DNA from: Alphaproteobacteria bacterium
GTDB taxonomy: Bacteria > Pseudomonadota > Alphaproteobacteria > RF32 > CAG-239
Reading direction: 5' to 3'
DNA length: 64,000 nucleotides
Assembly (NCBI GenBank): GCA_017480745.1
Contig: JAFUSA010000008.1
Coordinates: 10,530 to 74,529, forward strand
This document shows, piece after piece, positions 28,368-37,649 of the stretch. The notes below the pieces were generated by a model. The model saw nothing but the letters and a program-made list of their open reading frames with translations, had not been told where the DNA came from and did no database searches. A program made the position numbers and the translations under genes. Each line of letters begins with the position of its first letter. The first letter of the stretch is position 1.

Positions 28368-29027
28368 TTAATAAAACTTCCACGCAATAGCATTGCTTGA
28401 AGGATGCATGCAAGCTTCCGCGGCTTCAACCAAAGTAAGCGGATCCGAAGTTGTGTTGGTTGTTCCCGCTGCTGCCCCACAAGCAATGGCTTTTCCATAT
28501 CCGGCAATTTTTGTGCAACCTTGATAAACTTGCTGCATACTTTCAATATCTTCGTTTATACCAATAGCAACAAAACCTGAACTGCTGGCAGAACCCCAAT
28601 CACGAGAAGCAATAGAAATGCAGGCTTCCCGCGGAATATAGTAATAATAAATCATAAAAGCGGCGTTATCCCCCTCTTCAAGCAAATCGCCGCGCATAAC
28701 AGCAACGGCTTTACCGAAAGGACTTTTCAAAGATTTTGTGCCATCAGCGGCAATATTTACCATTTCATCAGGTAACACTTTTGATTTTTCCAACAAGGTA
28801 ATATTTGTATCTGTTCCCAAAGGAGCATAATCATCTTTTGTGCCAAACAAAGTTCTTAATGTTGACGCAATATACGAAACCTGACTCATTGTTCTATTAA
28901 TTCTGAATTGCATCATTGCCTTTGAATATCCTGCAATTCCGCCAACACTTAATACACCTATAATAGCCAACACGCCCAGCATTTCTGCCATACTGCGACC
29001 ACTGCTGATTTTACACTCATTTTTCAT
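28368..29027 (-). CDS. type IV pilin-like protein, paralog 3 (short leader MKNECKISSGRS|MAEML; lacks the long conserved 5' leader RNA)
   Basis: Start after GGAG, with its own TTGCAA..TATATTATA promoter. PREACISIASRDWG and C-terminal AAEACMHPS. Confidence 0.65.
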   Translation of the reverse strand: MKNECKISSGRSMAEMLGVLAIIGVLSVGGIAGYSKAMMQFRINRTMSQVSYIASTLRTLFGTKDDYAPLGTDTNITLLEKSKVLPDEMVNIAADGTKSLKSPFGKAVAVMRGDLLEEGDNAAFMIYYYYIPREACISIASRDWGSASSSGFVAIGINEDIESMQQVYQGCTKIAGYGKAIACGAAAGTTNTTSDPLTLVEAAEACMHPSSNAIAWKFY

Positions 29028-29125
29028 TTTAATTTCTCCAAAATCCTTTCGTCTATAATATAAAATATTTATCAATAATAAAAGACTTTTTTGCAAACAT
29101 AGTAATTTATTCACAAAAGTTTAAC

Positions 29126-29566
29126 TTAACAACGAACCTCGTCAATTTCCAATACTTGTCGCGCTCGCTCAAAAAACATTAATTCATCTTGCACGAAATG
29201 ACTTATTTCTAATGTTTTATTATCATCCAACCCGAGTATTTCGGCTATTTTACGAATCAGTTCTATTTCCTCATCCGTAACAACTCCGTCCATTGAAGAA
29301 GCAAACCATAAACAATGCACTAAATCAACAGCTATTTCACGGCTGCGAATCGGGCGCAACACTTCATATACTTCATCTTTGTTATTCGGAATTTGCAAAT
29401 TTTGCAAATTTTCAGCCGGTATTTGCAAGCTAATAATCAATTTGTGCATAAAATCTTTTTCTATTAACTCCGGATTGCTATCAATTTTAGCAAGATATGA
29501 CAGTAGCTGAATATAGGCTAATTTTTGATTTATGGTTAAATACGTAGGATGGTAAATATCATACAT
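29126..29566 (-). CDS. TerB-like (tellurite-resistance TerB / DjlA N-domain fold) protein
   Basis: Paired amphipathic helices with WFASSMDGVVTDEEIELIRKIAEILGL signature. Confidence 0.45.
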   Translation of the reverse strand: MYDIYHPTYLTINQKLAYIQLLSYLAKIDSNPELIEKDFMHKLIISLQIPAENLQNLQIPNNKDEVYEVLRPIRSREIAVDLVHCLWFASSMDGVVTDEEIELIRKIAEILGLDDNKTLEISHFVQDELMFFERARQVLEIDEVRC

Positions 29567-29724
29567 GGAAGACCTCCTTTAATATGTGTCAGACTACAAA
29601 AGGTGATAAGATATGTCAATATAAAATTTATTTTTCATATTCGTTCTGACTATTTTTTTATAAAATTGGCCTCTCATAAAAAAATACGCCGAAATTTTAA
29701 CAATATCGGCGAATAACAATCCAT

Positions 29725-29801
29725 TGGCGCGCTCTGGGCGATTCGAACGCCCGACCCACAGCTTAGAAGGCTGTTGCTCTATCCTGCTGAGCTAAGAGCG
29801 C
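29725..29801 (-). tRNA. tRNA-Arg (anticodon UCU)
   Basis: Reverse complement GCGCTCTTAGCTCAGCAGGATAGAGCAACAGCCTTCTAAGCTGTGGGTCGGGCGTTCGAATCGCCCAGAGCGCGCCA folds as a cloverleaf; anticodon loop CTTCTAA. Confidence 0.85.
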
Positions 29802-29964
29802 AACTTGACTACTTCCGCTATTTTGCATAAAAAAAAATAATTGTCAACGACAAAATTCATTTTTTTTAATTTTTTTTATTTTTCCTCTTGCCAAAAGATT
29901 TTTTTAGAGCTATATTGACAAAAGTTAATCTATAATTGTTTGTATAATTAAATTAAATTCTTTT

Positions 29965-30231
29965 ATGGAAAATCAAAATCAAGTTGTTTTGTCCCACGAT
30001 TTTTGTAGTTCATTTCGTTGCGACATCAAGCGCTACGGCCTCGAATTTGTGATTAGAAGCCAGATTTTGGAGTGCTCCGGCGAAAAGGTTGAAAAGCGTA
30101 AAGCTTACCTTGCCCGCGAAAGCAAGAAGAAAAACTCGTTCCGCACAGCCCTTCTCATGGCGATTGACCGTGTTGCCGAAGATGTCAAGTATCGCATCCT
30201 TGCACGAAACCTGAAAAAGGAGATCGTCTGA
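29965..30231 (+). CDS. small hypothetical protein
   Basis: 88-aa ORF followed by terminator CCCCAAAAAATCACGAATGATTTTTTGGGG at ~30253..30290. Confidence 0.35.
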   Translation: MENQNQVVLSHDFCSSFRCDIKRYGLEFVIRSQILECSGEKVEKRKAYLARESKKKNSFRTALLMAIDRVAEDVKYRILARNLKKEIV

Positions 30232-30360
30232 ATCTGAAACAACGTATCTATTGCCCCAAAAAATCACGAATGATTTTTTGGGGTGTTTTTATACAAAAAA
30301 ATCCACAACAAAAAAACTCTGCACATCCGGCAGAGCATTTTGCGTAAAACAAAAACCGAA

Positions 30361-30486
30361 TTAACCCTGACGAGCTTTCAATTTCGGGTTCTTTTTGTTA
30401 ATAACATATACACGACCTTTACGACGAACAATTTTACAATTCAAATCGCGTACTTTCTTAGATTTTAACGAACTATAGCACTTCAT
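30361..30486 (-). CDS. rpmJ: 50S ribosomal protein L36 (41 aa, zinc-less alphaproteobacterial/YkgO type)
   Basis: Hand translation of the minus strand gives [41 protein letters not shown]. Too short for the ORF track. Confidence 0.8.
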   Translation of the reverse strand: MKCYSSLKSKKVRDLNCKIVRRKGRVYVINKKNPKLKARQG

Positions 30487-30546
30487 TTTTTTATTCCTTC
30501 AAAAACACATTGAGCGCTGTATAAACTACTTCTGAATGAATGTCAA

Positions 30547-31533
30547 CTACTTTTTTGTTTTTTTCATAATTTTTTGCGTTTTTCTCAAATTTTTCTTTTC
30601 CGCTAAATTAAATTCAAATGAAAACAACACAATTCCCGATATAACCAGTGGCAACAAATAATATATTATGCGATATAAAATTAAAATAGCAAAAAGTGTT
30701 GCCTGATTCTCATCTTCCGGCATCAAATTAGTGAAAACAACTTCAAAAACACCTAAACCACCGGGAACTTGACTATAAACGCCCAATACCTGCGCAATAA
30801 TAAATGCACCTATAAACGAGGCAAACGGAATATCTATGTAGCTTTCCATAACAAAATACAACACCAGTGAAGCCATTAAAATATCTGCACTTCCTATGAT
30901 TACCTGAGCCAAAGCCATTTTAGGAGTCGGAGCATTAAACTCTATATCTTTTATAACAATCGGCTTTTTATAAAACATACTGCCCCAGAAATAGAAAGCT
31001 AAGCCCACAACCGAAAATATTAATATTCCCCAATTTAACAGAGGTGAGGCAACTGATGAAACAACATGATTTGGGGAACATATATAACCGATAATAACCA
31101 ATGCGAAGCAGGCAACTAAATATGTGAATCCGGAAAATGTTACCATTTTAACAATATCTACCGCACCTACACGCCATCGTGTATATAATCTATAACGAAT
31201 TGCCCCGCCTGAAACAACTGCATGACCGGCATTGTTGCTGACGGCGAATCCGATAAAACCGGCAAACATCCACTTCCATGCGGCAATTTTATGATTTATG
31301 TATTTTAATGCCAAAAAATCGTATGAAGATAAAGCCAAATACCCGCAAAAAGAAGCCATGCAGGCATAAAGTATATTTTTGTTCGGAACAGCGATAACCG
31401 CATCTTGAATTTCTTCCAAAGTATATTTTGAAAGTTGACGATATATCATAAACGTCGCCAAACCGAAAAAGAAAAGTCCGGACCATGAAATTATTTTTTT
31501 GAACAATTTTTTCTTATTTTTTATCTTAATCAT
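30547..31533 (-). CDS. UPF0104 / lysylphosphatidylglycerol-synthase-TM-domain-like membrane protein
   Basis: Polytopic; GSADILMASLVLYFV and QVPGGLGVFEVVF C-terminal motif. Confidence 0.5.
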   Translation of the reverse strand: MIKIKNKKKLFKKIISWSGLFFFGLATFMIYRQLSKYTLEEIQDAVIAVPNKNILYACMASFCGYLALSSYDFLALKYINHKIAAWKWMFAGFIGFAVSNNAGHAVVSGGAIRYRLYTRWRVGAVDIVKMVTFSGFTYLVACFALVIIGYICSPNHVVSSVASPLLNWGILIFSVVGLAFYFWGSMFYKKPIVIKDIEFNAPTPKMALAQVIIGSADILMASLVLYFVMESYIDIPFASFIGAFIIAQVLGVYSQVPGGLGVFEVVFTNLMPEDENQATLFAILILYRIIYYLLPLVISGIVLFSFEFNLAEKKNLRKTQKIMKKTKK

Positions 31534-32719
31534 CTTTCTTCCGTTTAATATTCACATCTATGTAGTTACGTAAATTCGTGCCGTATGTTTGCCGTATGTA
31601 TGACGTCAACTCGGACGGTTCCTCTTTGAACATTTGAGCCAAGTCTTGCACTTCGTTTATAGATTGCAACGGAATAGAATCCGCCAAAATATTACGTTTT
31701 TCCAAAGCATCTTTCCGTCCGCGCGCTGCCGCTATATTATATAACATATAAGCTTTTGCCGGATTTTTTTGAACATATTTACCTTCAATCAATAAATCCG
31801 CCAAATATATATTGGCATCTAAATTACCCTGAGCCACTGCTTTTTCATAAGCCTCTATACCTTTGGCATAATTTTGCACTGTTCCCAAACCTTTAAGGTA
31901 TAATTCTGCCAACATTAACTGCGCTTCATCAATTTGTGCCTCACCGGTAGCCGCAGAATTCATAAGTTTATAGCATTGAGCATAATTGCGCGCTACCACA
32001 AAACCTTTACAATAAGCATACCCGCTCATAAATTGGGCAATTTTATTCCCATCTTTCGCCGATTTTTCAAATAATTCAACGGCTTTTTGATTGCGCACAT
32101 CATCTTTTTTGCCGCCGGCTAAATACAAAAAAGCCAAGTTCAAAGATGCGTTGTCATTGCCCAAATCAGATGCTTTTTTGAATAGTTCAAATGCTTTTTT
32201 AACATCTTTTTCCGTTCCGATACCGCTAAAATACAGACTTGCCAAATTATTGATTGCCGTCGGATCATTTTGTTCGGCGGCCATAGTGTAATATTTTACT
32301 GCTTCCGCCGAGTTTTGCTCAATATTATTGATTCCGTATAAATACATATATGCCAAGTCAAGCTGTGCGCTCAAATTACCTTCTTCGGCAAGGCGAATAC
32401 TTTTTTCCAAAAAAGTTTCTTTTTTACCATCTGGACCTAATTCATTTTCGTTACTAAATAATGATGTTAGCGGCCGCATAAAACCGAAAATTCCACCGCT
32501 GTTTCCTTGTTGATTCTCTTCATCATCATCTTTTTTTGCCTCAATATTTTTTTCTATTTCTTTTTTAATTTCCGAATCCTTTGTTTTTGCCGGCTTTTTG
32601 TCGGAATCATCATCAGTAGCAGTTGCCACAAAATCACCGGTTAACAAGTCTATTTCCACTGCATAAGCAAAGCCGGAAAACAAAACACTCAAACATAAAA
32701 CAAATAAAATCCTGCGCAT
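31526..32719 (-). CDS. secreted Sel1-repeat (SLR/TPR-like) protein
   Basis: Signal peptide. Repeated ~36-aa units with the A..YY..AA.QG...A...LG.LY..G.GV pattern. Confidence 0.7.
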   Translation of the reverse strand: MRRILFVLCLSVLFSGFAYAVEIDLLTGDFVATATDDDSDKKPAKTKDSEIKKEIEKNIEAKKDDDEENQQGNSGGIFGFMRPLTSLFSNENELGPDGKKETFLEKSIRLAEEGNLSAQLDLAYMYLYGINNIEQNSAEAVKYYTMAAEQNDPTAINNLASLYFSGIGTEKDVKKAFELFKKASDLGNDNASLNLAFLYLAGGKKDDVRNQKAVELFEKSAKDGNKIAQFMSGYAYCKGFVVARNYAQCYKLMNSAATGEAQIDEAQLMLAELYLKGLGTVQNYAKGIEAYEKAVAQGNLDANIYLADLLIEGKYVQKNPAKAYMLYNIAAARGRKDALEKRNILADSIPLQSINEVQDLAQMFKEEPSELTSYIRQTYGTNLRNYIDVNIKRKKDD

Positions 32720-32845
32720 TTAATCACCATAGTCAACTTACTTTGCATAGCATAATATTAAAAAAAAGTATATTCAAGGTTAAAAAATAAAAAAACTTGT
32801 AATATTTTTATTTTTGTTTTAGAAGATGTGCGAAAGGAATTTGAA

Positions 32846-34651
32846 ATGGCCGTAGAAGCTCCGATTTATACAATACGCGGTGCCAGACTCAGTTTTGGCT
32901 TGAACCCCTTATTTACCGATGTTGATCTATATATCAATCGCGGGGATAAAATTTGTTTGGTTGGGCGTAACGGCTGCGGAAAATCCACACTGTTAAAAGT
33001 CATAGCGCATGAAATAGAGCCGGATGAAGCGGAATTTTTCGTTCAACCGGGGTTACGTGTCGGCTATATGCCGCAAGAGCCTGATTTTTCCGGATTTAAA
33101 ACTTTACGTGAGGTTGTAGAAGCCGGTTTGCCGGAAGCGGAGAAAAATCAAACCTACAAAGCCGATAAATTAATTGAATATTTTGCTATAAATGAAGCGC
33201 AAAATCCACAGGAATCATCAGGAGGAGAACGCAGAAAAGCTGCTTTGGCACGTGCTTTGGTCAACGAACCTGATATTTTGCTTTTAGATGAGCCAACCAA
33301 TCACTTAGATATTGCCGCCATTGAAAAATTAGAAGATATAATTCAAAAATTTACCGGTGCCGTTATTGTTATAAGTCATGACCGCTCATTTTTAAGCAAT
33401 ATTTCCCATACTACTTTTTGGCTCGACAGAGGTGTTTTACGGCGAAACAATAAGGGATTTGCCTATTTTGAAGAATGGCAGGATCAGGTTATTGAACAAG
33501 AAATAATTGAACAGAAAGCCTTAAATAAAAAAATTGCCGAAGAAACAGAGTGGCTACACAAGGGAGTAACCGCACGACGCAAACGTAATATGGGACGTTT
33601 GCGCCGTTTGCAACAGCTGCGAGCCGAACGCCGTGAACAAATAAAAATGATTGGCTCGGTAAATATGGAAGCTGAAACAGCGGAAATGCGTTCCAAAATG
33701 GTAATTGAGGCAAAGCACATTAATAAAAGCTTCGGCGAACGAGTAATTGTTAAAGATTTTTCTCTCAGAGTTATTAAGGGCAATAAATTAGGTATAGTAG
33801 GGCCAAACGGTTCCGGCAAAACAACATTAATTAAATTGTTAACCAAGCGTTTGGCTCCGGATTCCGGATTTATCCGAATCGGCAAAAACTTGCAAGAAGC
33901 ATATTTTGATCAAAATCGTATGACATTAGACCCCAAAAAAACTTTGTGGAAAACTCTGTGCAATGAGGGTGATCACTTAATGGTGCGCGGACATTTTCGC
34001 CACGTGGTAGCCTATTTGAAAGATTTTTTATTTAAACCGGATCAGGCTCAATGTCCGGTTTCAGCACTTTCCGGAGGTGAAAAAAATCGCCTTATGTTAG
34101 CGGTAGCGTTGGCTCAACCATCTAATTTTTTAGTGTTGGACGAGCCGACCAACGATTTAGATATGGATACACTTGACCTGCTGCAAGAGGTGCTTGACGA
34201 ATATGATGGCACAATTTTGATTGTCAGTCACGATCGTGATTTTATGGATAAGGTGGCAACTTCTGTTTTGTATATGAAAGGAGACGGCACAATCTATGAG
34301 CATATCGGAACATACAGTGATTTGCTGCAAAAATTAAAAAATCAGCCGCAAAAAAAGGAAGTTAAAAAGCCGACATCGAAAGAAGAACCCAAATTACGCG
34401 AACGCAATAAAACCGTGAAATTGAGTTTCAAGGAGCAATATTTGCTCAATAACCTGCCACAGGAAGTGGAAAAATTAGAAGCAGAAAATAAAGCGATTGA
34501 GATTGCTTTGGGCAATCCCAATCTTTATACCGAAGACCCCAAAAAATTTGATGAACTTACCTCTAAACTTTCAGCCAACAAAGACAAAATAGCCGAACTG
34601 GAAAATCAGTGGTTAGAAATTGAAATGAAAGCGGAAGAAATAGAGGGATAG
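32846..34651 (+). CDS. ABC-F family ATPase (tandem ABC domains, no TM; Uup/EttA-like)
   Basis: Start at the second ATG after AAAGGAA. Two Walker A sites (GRNGCGKST, GPNGSGKTT), two LSGGE signatures, coiled-coil C-terminus. Confidence 0.85.
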   Translation: MAVEAPIYTIRGARLSFGLNPLFTDVDLYINRGDKICLVGRNGCGKSTLLKVIAHEIEPDEAEFFVQPGLRVGYMPQEPDFSGFKTLREVVEAGLPEAEKNQTYKADKLIEYFAINEAQNPQESSGGERRKAALARALVNEPDILLLDEPTNHLDIAAIEKLEDIIQKFTGAVIVISHDRSFLSNISHTTFWLDRGVLRRNNKGFAYFEEWQDQVIEQEIIEQKALNKKIAEETEWLHKGVTARRKRNMGRLRRLQQLRAERREQIKMIGSVNMEAETAEMRSKMVIEAKHINKSFGERVIVKDFSLRVIKGNKLGIVGPNGSGKTTLIKLLTKRLAPDSGFIRIGKNLQEAYFDQNRMTLDPKKTLWKTLCNEGDHLMVRGHFRHVVAYLKDFLFKPDQAQCPVSALSGGEKNRLMLAVALAQPSNFLVLDEPTNDLDMDTLDLLQEVLDEYDGTILIVSHDRDFMDKVATSVLYMKGDGTIYEHIGTYSDLLQKLKNQPQKKEVKKPTSKEEPKLRERNKTVKLSFKEQYLLNNLPQEVEKLEAENKAIEIALGNPNLYTEDPKKFDELTSKLSANKDKIAELENQWLEIEMKAEEIEG

Positions 34652-34671
34652 GCAAAAATCTTGCCACTTTA

Positions 34672-35295
34672 CTATTTAAAAACAAATGTAATCGCACATA
34701 AACTGTTTGTGCAAGTGCATCCTTCAACCGCATCATCAACAGATACCGGCAAATCATCTCTACACACAGAATAAAGGCCCTTTTCACGATAATTGCATAT
34801 ACCGTATGGCTGCATGTTAGAGCTACCTAACGAATCTAAGTTTCCAAATAATATTCCTTGTGTTTCATTCGGCCAATCATGTGAAACAAGGCTAACACAA
34901 GCCTCTTCCGGAATATCACTGAAGCTCAAGTAGAAAGCCTTTGGGTTTGAATGATCCGAAAATATATATACCCCACTTCCATAAACACTGTTTATCTCAT
35001 CTTCATTCCACATTTCATCGGGAACCAATTTTGCCTTTTTCAAAATAGTTTTAACATCATTTTTGTCACCACTTGCTCCATAATCTTTTATATCTTCATA
35101 ATTTTTTTGCGAAGCAAAAAAGGCTCGCACATTACCGGCAATGAGAGTTATTTGTTCAATGGTTTTGTTAACCCGATATTTCATCATTGCTTTTGAATAT
35201 CCGGCAATACCACCAACGGAAAGAACACCAATAATGGCTAATACGCCCAGCATCTCAATCATTGAGCGTCCGGATTCTGCATTATATGTTTTCAT
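34672..35295 (-). CDS. type IV pilin-like protein, paralog 4
   Basis: MKTYNAESGRS|MIEMLGVLAIIGVLSVGGIAGY..; KKAKLVPDEMW; PEEACVSLVSHDW; C-terminal CTCTNSLC. Confidence 0.7.
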   Translation of the reverse strand: MKTYNAESGRSMIEMLGVLAIIGVLSVGGIAGYSKAMMKYRVNKTIEQITLIAGNVRAFFASQKNYEDIKDYGASGDKNDVKTILKKAKLVPDEMWNEDEINSVYGSGVYIFSDHSNPKAFYLSFSDIPEEACVSLVSHDWPNETQGILFGNLDSLGSSNMQPYGICNYREKGLYSVCRDDLPVSVDDAVEGCTCTNSLCAITFVFK

Positions 35296-35555
35296 TTTTA
35301 AATCTCCTTCTTGAAAAAATTTGACATTAATAACTAATCAACCGCCAAACGGCGGTCGGGAAGTAAGAAAATCATAGAATTGCAAATGATCCTCGTAATC
35401 TTTAAGCTAATGCTCTGAACATCCACCACGAGCTCCCCAACCCAAGTCGGAGATACATCAATATAACGGCGTCAAGCGCCGACAATTCTAAGAGCTTTCT
35501 TAGGGCCCGAACCGAAGTTCAACTCCTATATTATCACAAAAAACGCAAAAGTCAA
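35296..35555 (-). promoter_or_regulatory. class-A pilin-cassette promoter + structured leader (minus strand)
   Basis: Reverse complement matches the 12588..12850 element end to end. Confidence 0.7.
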
Positions 35556-35655
35556 ACAAAAAAATAACAACAACGTAAAATTTAGCAAAAATATCTTGAA
35601 ATCAAGCAGCATTTTGCTAATATAGGCGTATGAATAACAACTGACGGCAAAAATT

Positions 35656-36498
35656 ATGGAAACACAACAAAAAAAATTGGGAATTATCGCCGGTGGCGGA
35701 ACTTTACCGCAAACATTGATTGAACACTGCAAAAAAAGCAAACGAGATTATTTTGTTTTAGCAATAGAAAATAATGCCGACAGAGCGTTTTTTTCGCCGG
35801 ACATTCCACATTGTTGGATACGTATCGGGCAGGCAGGTACAGGCTTTAAGCTTTTTGCCGATCAACATGTGCAAGAAGTGGTGATGATCGGCACTATCCA
35901 TCGCCCGAGTTTTGCTGATTTAGTGCCGGATTTACGCACCACGGCATTTTTTACAAAAATAGGTTTAAAAGCCTTGGGTGATGATGGTATTTTGCGTGCT
36001 TTGGTTAAAGAAATAGAATCCGAAAATATGCGAGTTGTAGGTATTCACGAGGTTTTACCTGATTTGCTAATTAAAGAGGGAATCTTAACAAAAAACAAGC
36101 CGGATAAACAGGCAATCGCCGATATTGAACGTGGAACAGAAGTTGCGTTGCAATTAGGGTTGCTTGATGTCGGACAATCGGTGATAGTTCAACAGGGATT
36201 AGTGCTCGGCGTGGAAGGTATTGAGGGAACCGATAAGCTGATAGAACGTTGTGGAGAATATCAACGCAAAGGAGCCGGAGCAGTTTTGGTTAAACTACGC
36301 AAACCGCAACAAGATATGCGAATTGACTTGCCGACCATAGGTTGCAGAACAATAGAAAAATTACATAACGCCGGTATGCGCGGAGTGGCAATTCATGCCG
36401 GTAATGCACTGATTGTTGATGAAACAAAGGTTATAGCTCTGGCCGATAAATATAAAATGTTTATTATCGGTATTATACCGACGGAGAAAAAGTCATGA
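35656..36498 (+). CDS. lpxI: UDP-2,3-diacylglucosamine pyrophosphatase LpxI (DUF1009)
   Basis: LGIIAGGGTLP N-terminus. Immediately upstream of and overlapping lpxB. Confidence 0.7.
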   Translation: METQQKKLGIIAGGGTLPQTLIEHCKKSKRDYFVLAIENNADRAFFSPDIPHCWIRIGQAGTGFKLFADQHVQEVVMIGTIHRPSFADLVPDLRTTAFFTKIGLKALGDDGILRALVKEIESENMRVVGIHEVLPDLLIKEGILTKNKPDKQAIADIERGTEVALQLGLLDVGQSVIVQQGLVLGVEGIEGTDKLIERCGEYQRKGAGAVLVKLRKPQQDMRIDLPTIGCRTIEKLHNAGMRGVAIHAGNALIVDETKVIALADKYKMFIIGIIPTEKKS

Positions 36499-37649
36499 AA
36501 TATTATTTGATTGCCGGCGAGCCGTCGGGAGATTCTTTGGGCGGACGTTTAATGCAAGCTTTGAAACAAAAAGATCCCAACGCCGAGTTTATCGGAATCG
36601 GCGGAGATAATATGCAGGAACAAGGATTAAAATCCTTATTTGATATAAGCGAGTTGGCAGTTATGGGTATTGCCGAAGTAATACCAAGCATTCCGCGAAT
36701 CTTAAAACGCATAAAGCAAACAGTAGCTGAAATTGAAAGGACAAAGCCAGATGCTGTTATAACTATTGACAGTTGGAGTTTTTGCGCGCGTATCCACAAA
36801 AAAATACGCGCTCTGAAATTAGGAATTCCACAAATTCACTATGTTGCTCCGCAGGTGTGGGCTTGGAAAAAAAGGCGCGCACGAACTATGTATAAATACA
36901 TAGATTTATTACTAACTCTTTTTCCGAATGAACCGAAGTATTTTACTCCATATCATTTAGATACAGTATTTGTCGGACATCCGGTAATTGAAAGCGCCAT
37001 CGTTAATAATAGCTCTAACGGCTTATTTAAAAAAGAGCACAACATTGAAGAAAATAAACGTATTATGCTTATTTTACCGGGGTCACGACACAATGAAGTT
37101 CAACGCTTGTTGCCTGATTTTATGGAAGCAGCTAAAATTGTGCAAAGAAAATTTACAGATATTGTATTCGTGATTCCGACAGTCAGCACTGTTGCCAAAC
37201 GCGTTAAGCAAATGGTGCGTAACTATGCTTTGCCGGTGATTATTGTTGAGGGGCAAGACGAACGAAGCAAAGCTTTTTGCGACTCCTCAGTGGCTGTTGC
37301 CGCCTCAGGTACTGTGGCTTTAGAGTTAGCTATTATTAACGTTCCACATATAATTGCTTATAAAGTGCCCAAACTAACCGAGATTTTAGCACGTTGCTTT
37401 TTACACATAAAATTTGTGAATTTAACCAATCTTTTGCTCAACCGCTTAGTTGTTCCCGAACTTTTGCAACAAGAATGCAATCCAAAAAATATTGCTTCTT
37501 ATGTAATAAAATTTTTGACCGATGCGGGAGAATATCAGCACCAAAAACAAGGATTTGAAGAAGCTCGGATAATGCTTGGATTTGGTCGGCAAACACCAAG
37601 TGAAAACGCCGCACAAGCCATAATTAATAAAATAAACGCTCTGAAATGA
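36495..37649 (+). CDS. lpxB: lipid-A-disaccharide synthase
   Basis: MKYYLIAGEPSGDSLGGRLMQALK N-terminus, GT-B fold. Confidence 0.85.
   Translation: MKYYLIAGEPSGDSLGGRLMQALKQKDPNAEFIGIGGDNMQEQGLKSLFDISELAVMGIAEVIPSIPRILKRIKQTVAEIERTKPDAVITIDSWSFCARIHKKIRALKLGIPQIHYVAPQVWAWKKRRARTMYKYIDLLLTLFPNEPKYFTPYHLDTVFVGHPVIESAIVNNSSNGLFKKEHNIEENKRIMLILPGSRHNEVQRLLPDFMEAAKIVQRKFTDIVFVIPTVSTVAKRVKQMVRNYALPVIIVEGQDERSKAFCDSSVAVAASGTVALELAIINVPHIIAYKVPKLTEILARCFLHIKFVNLTNLLLNRLVVPELLQQECNPKNIASYVIKFLTDAGEYQHQKQGFEEARIMLGFGRQTPSENAAQAIINKINALK

Noticed and set aside
33484-33885. Antisense ORFs inside the ABC-F gene (33484..33885, 33489..33713)
   Set aside because: They are embedded in a well-supported gene on the opposite strand.
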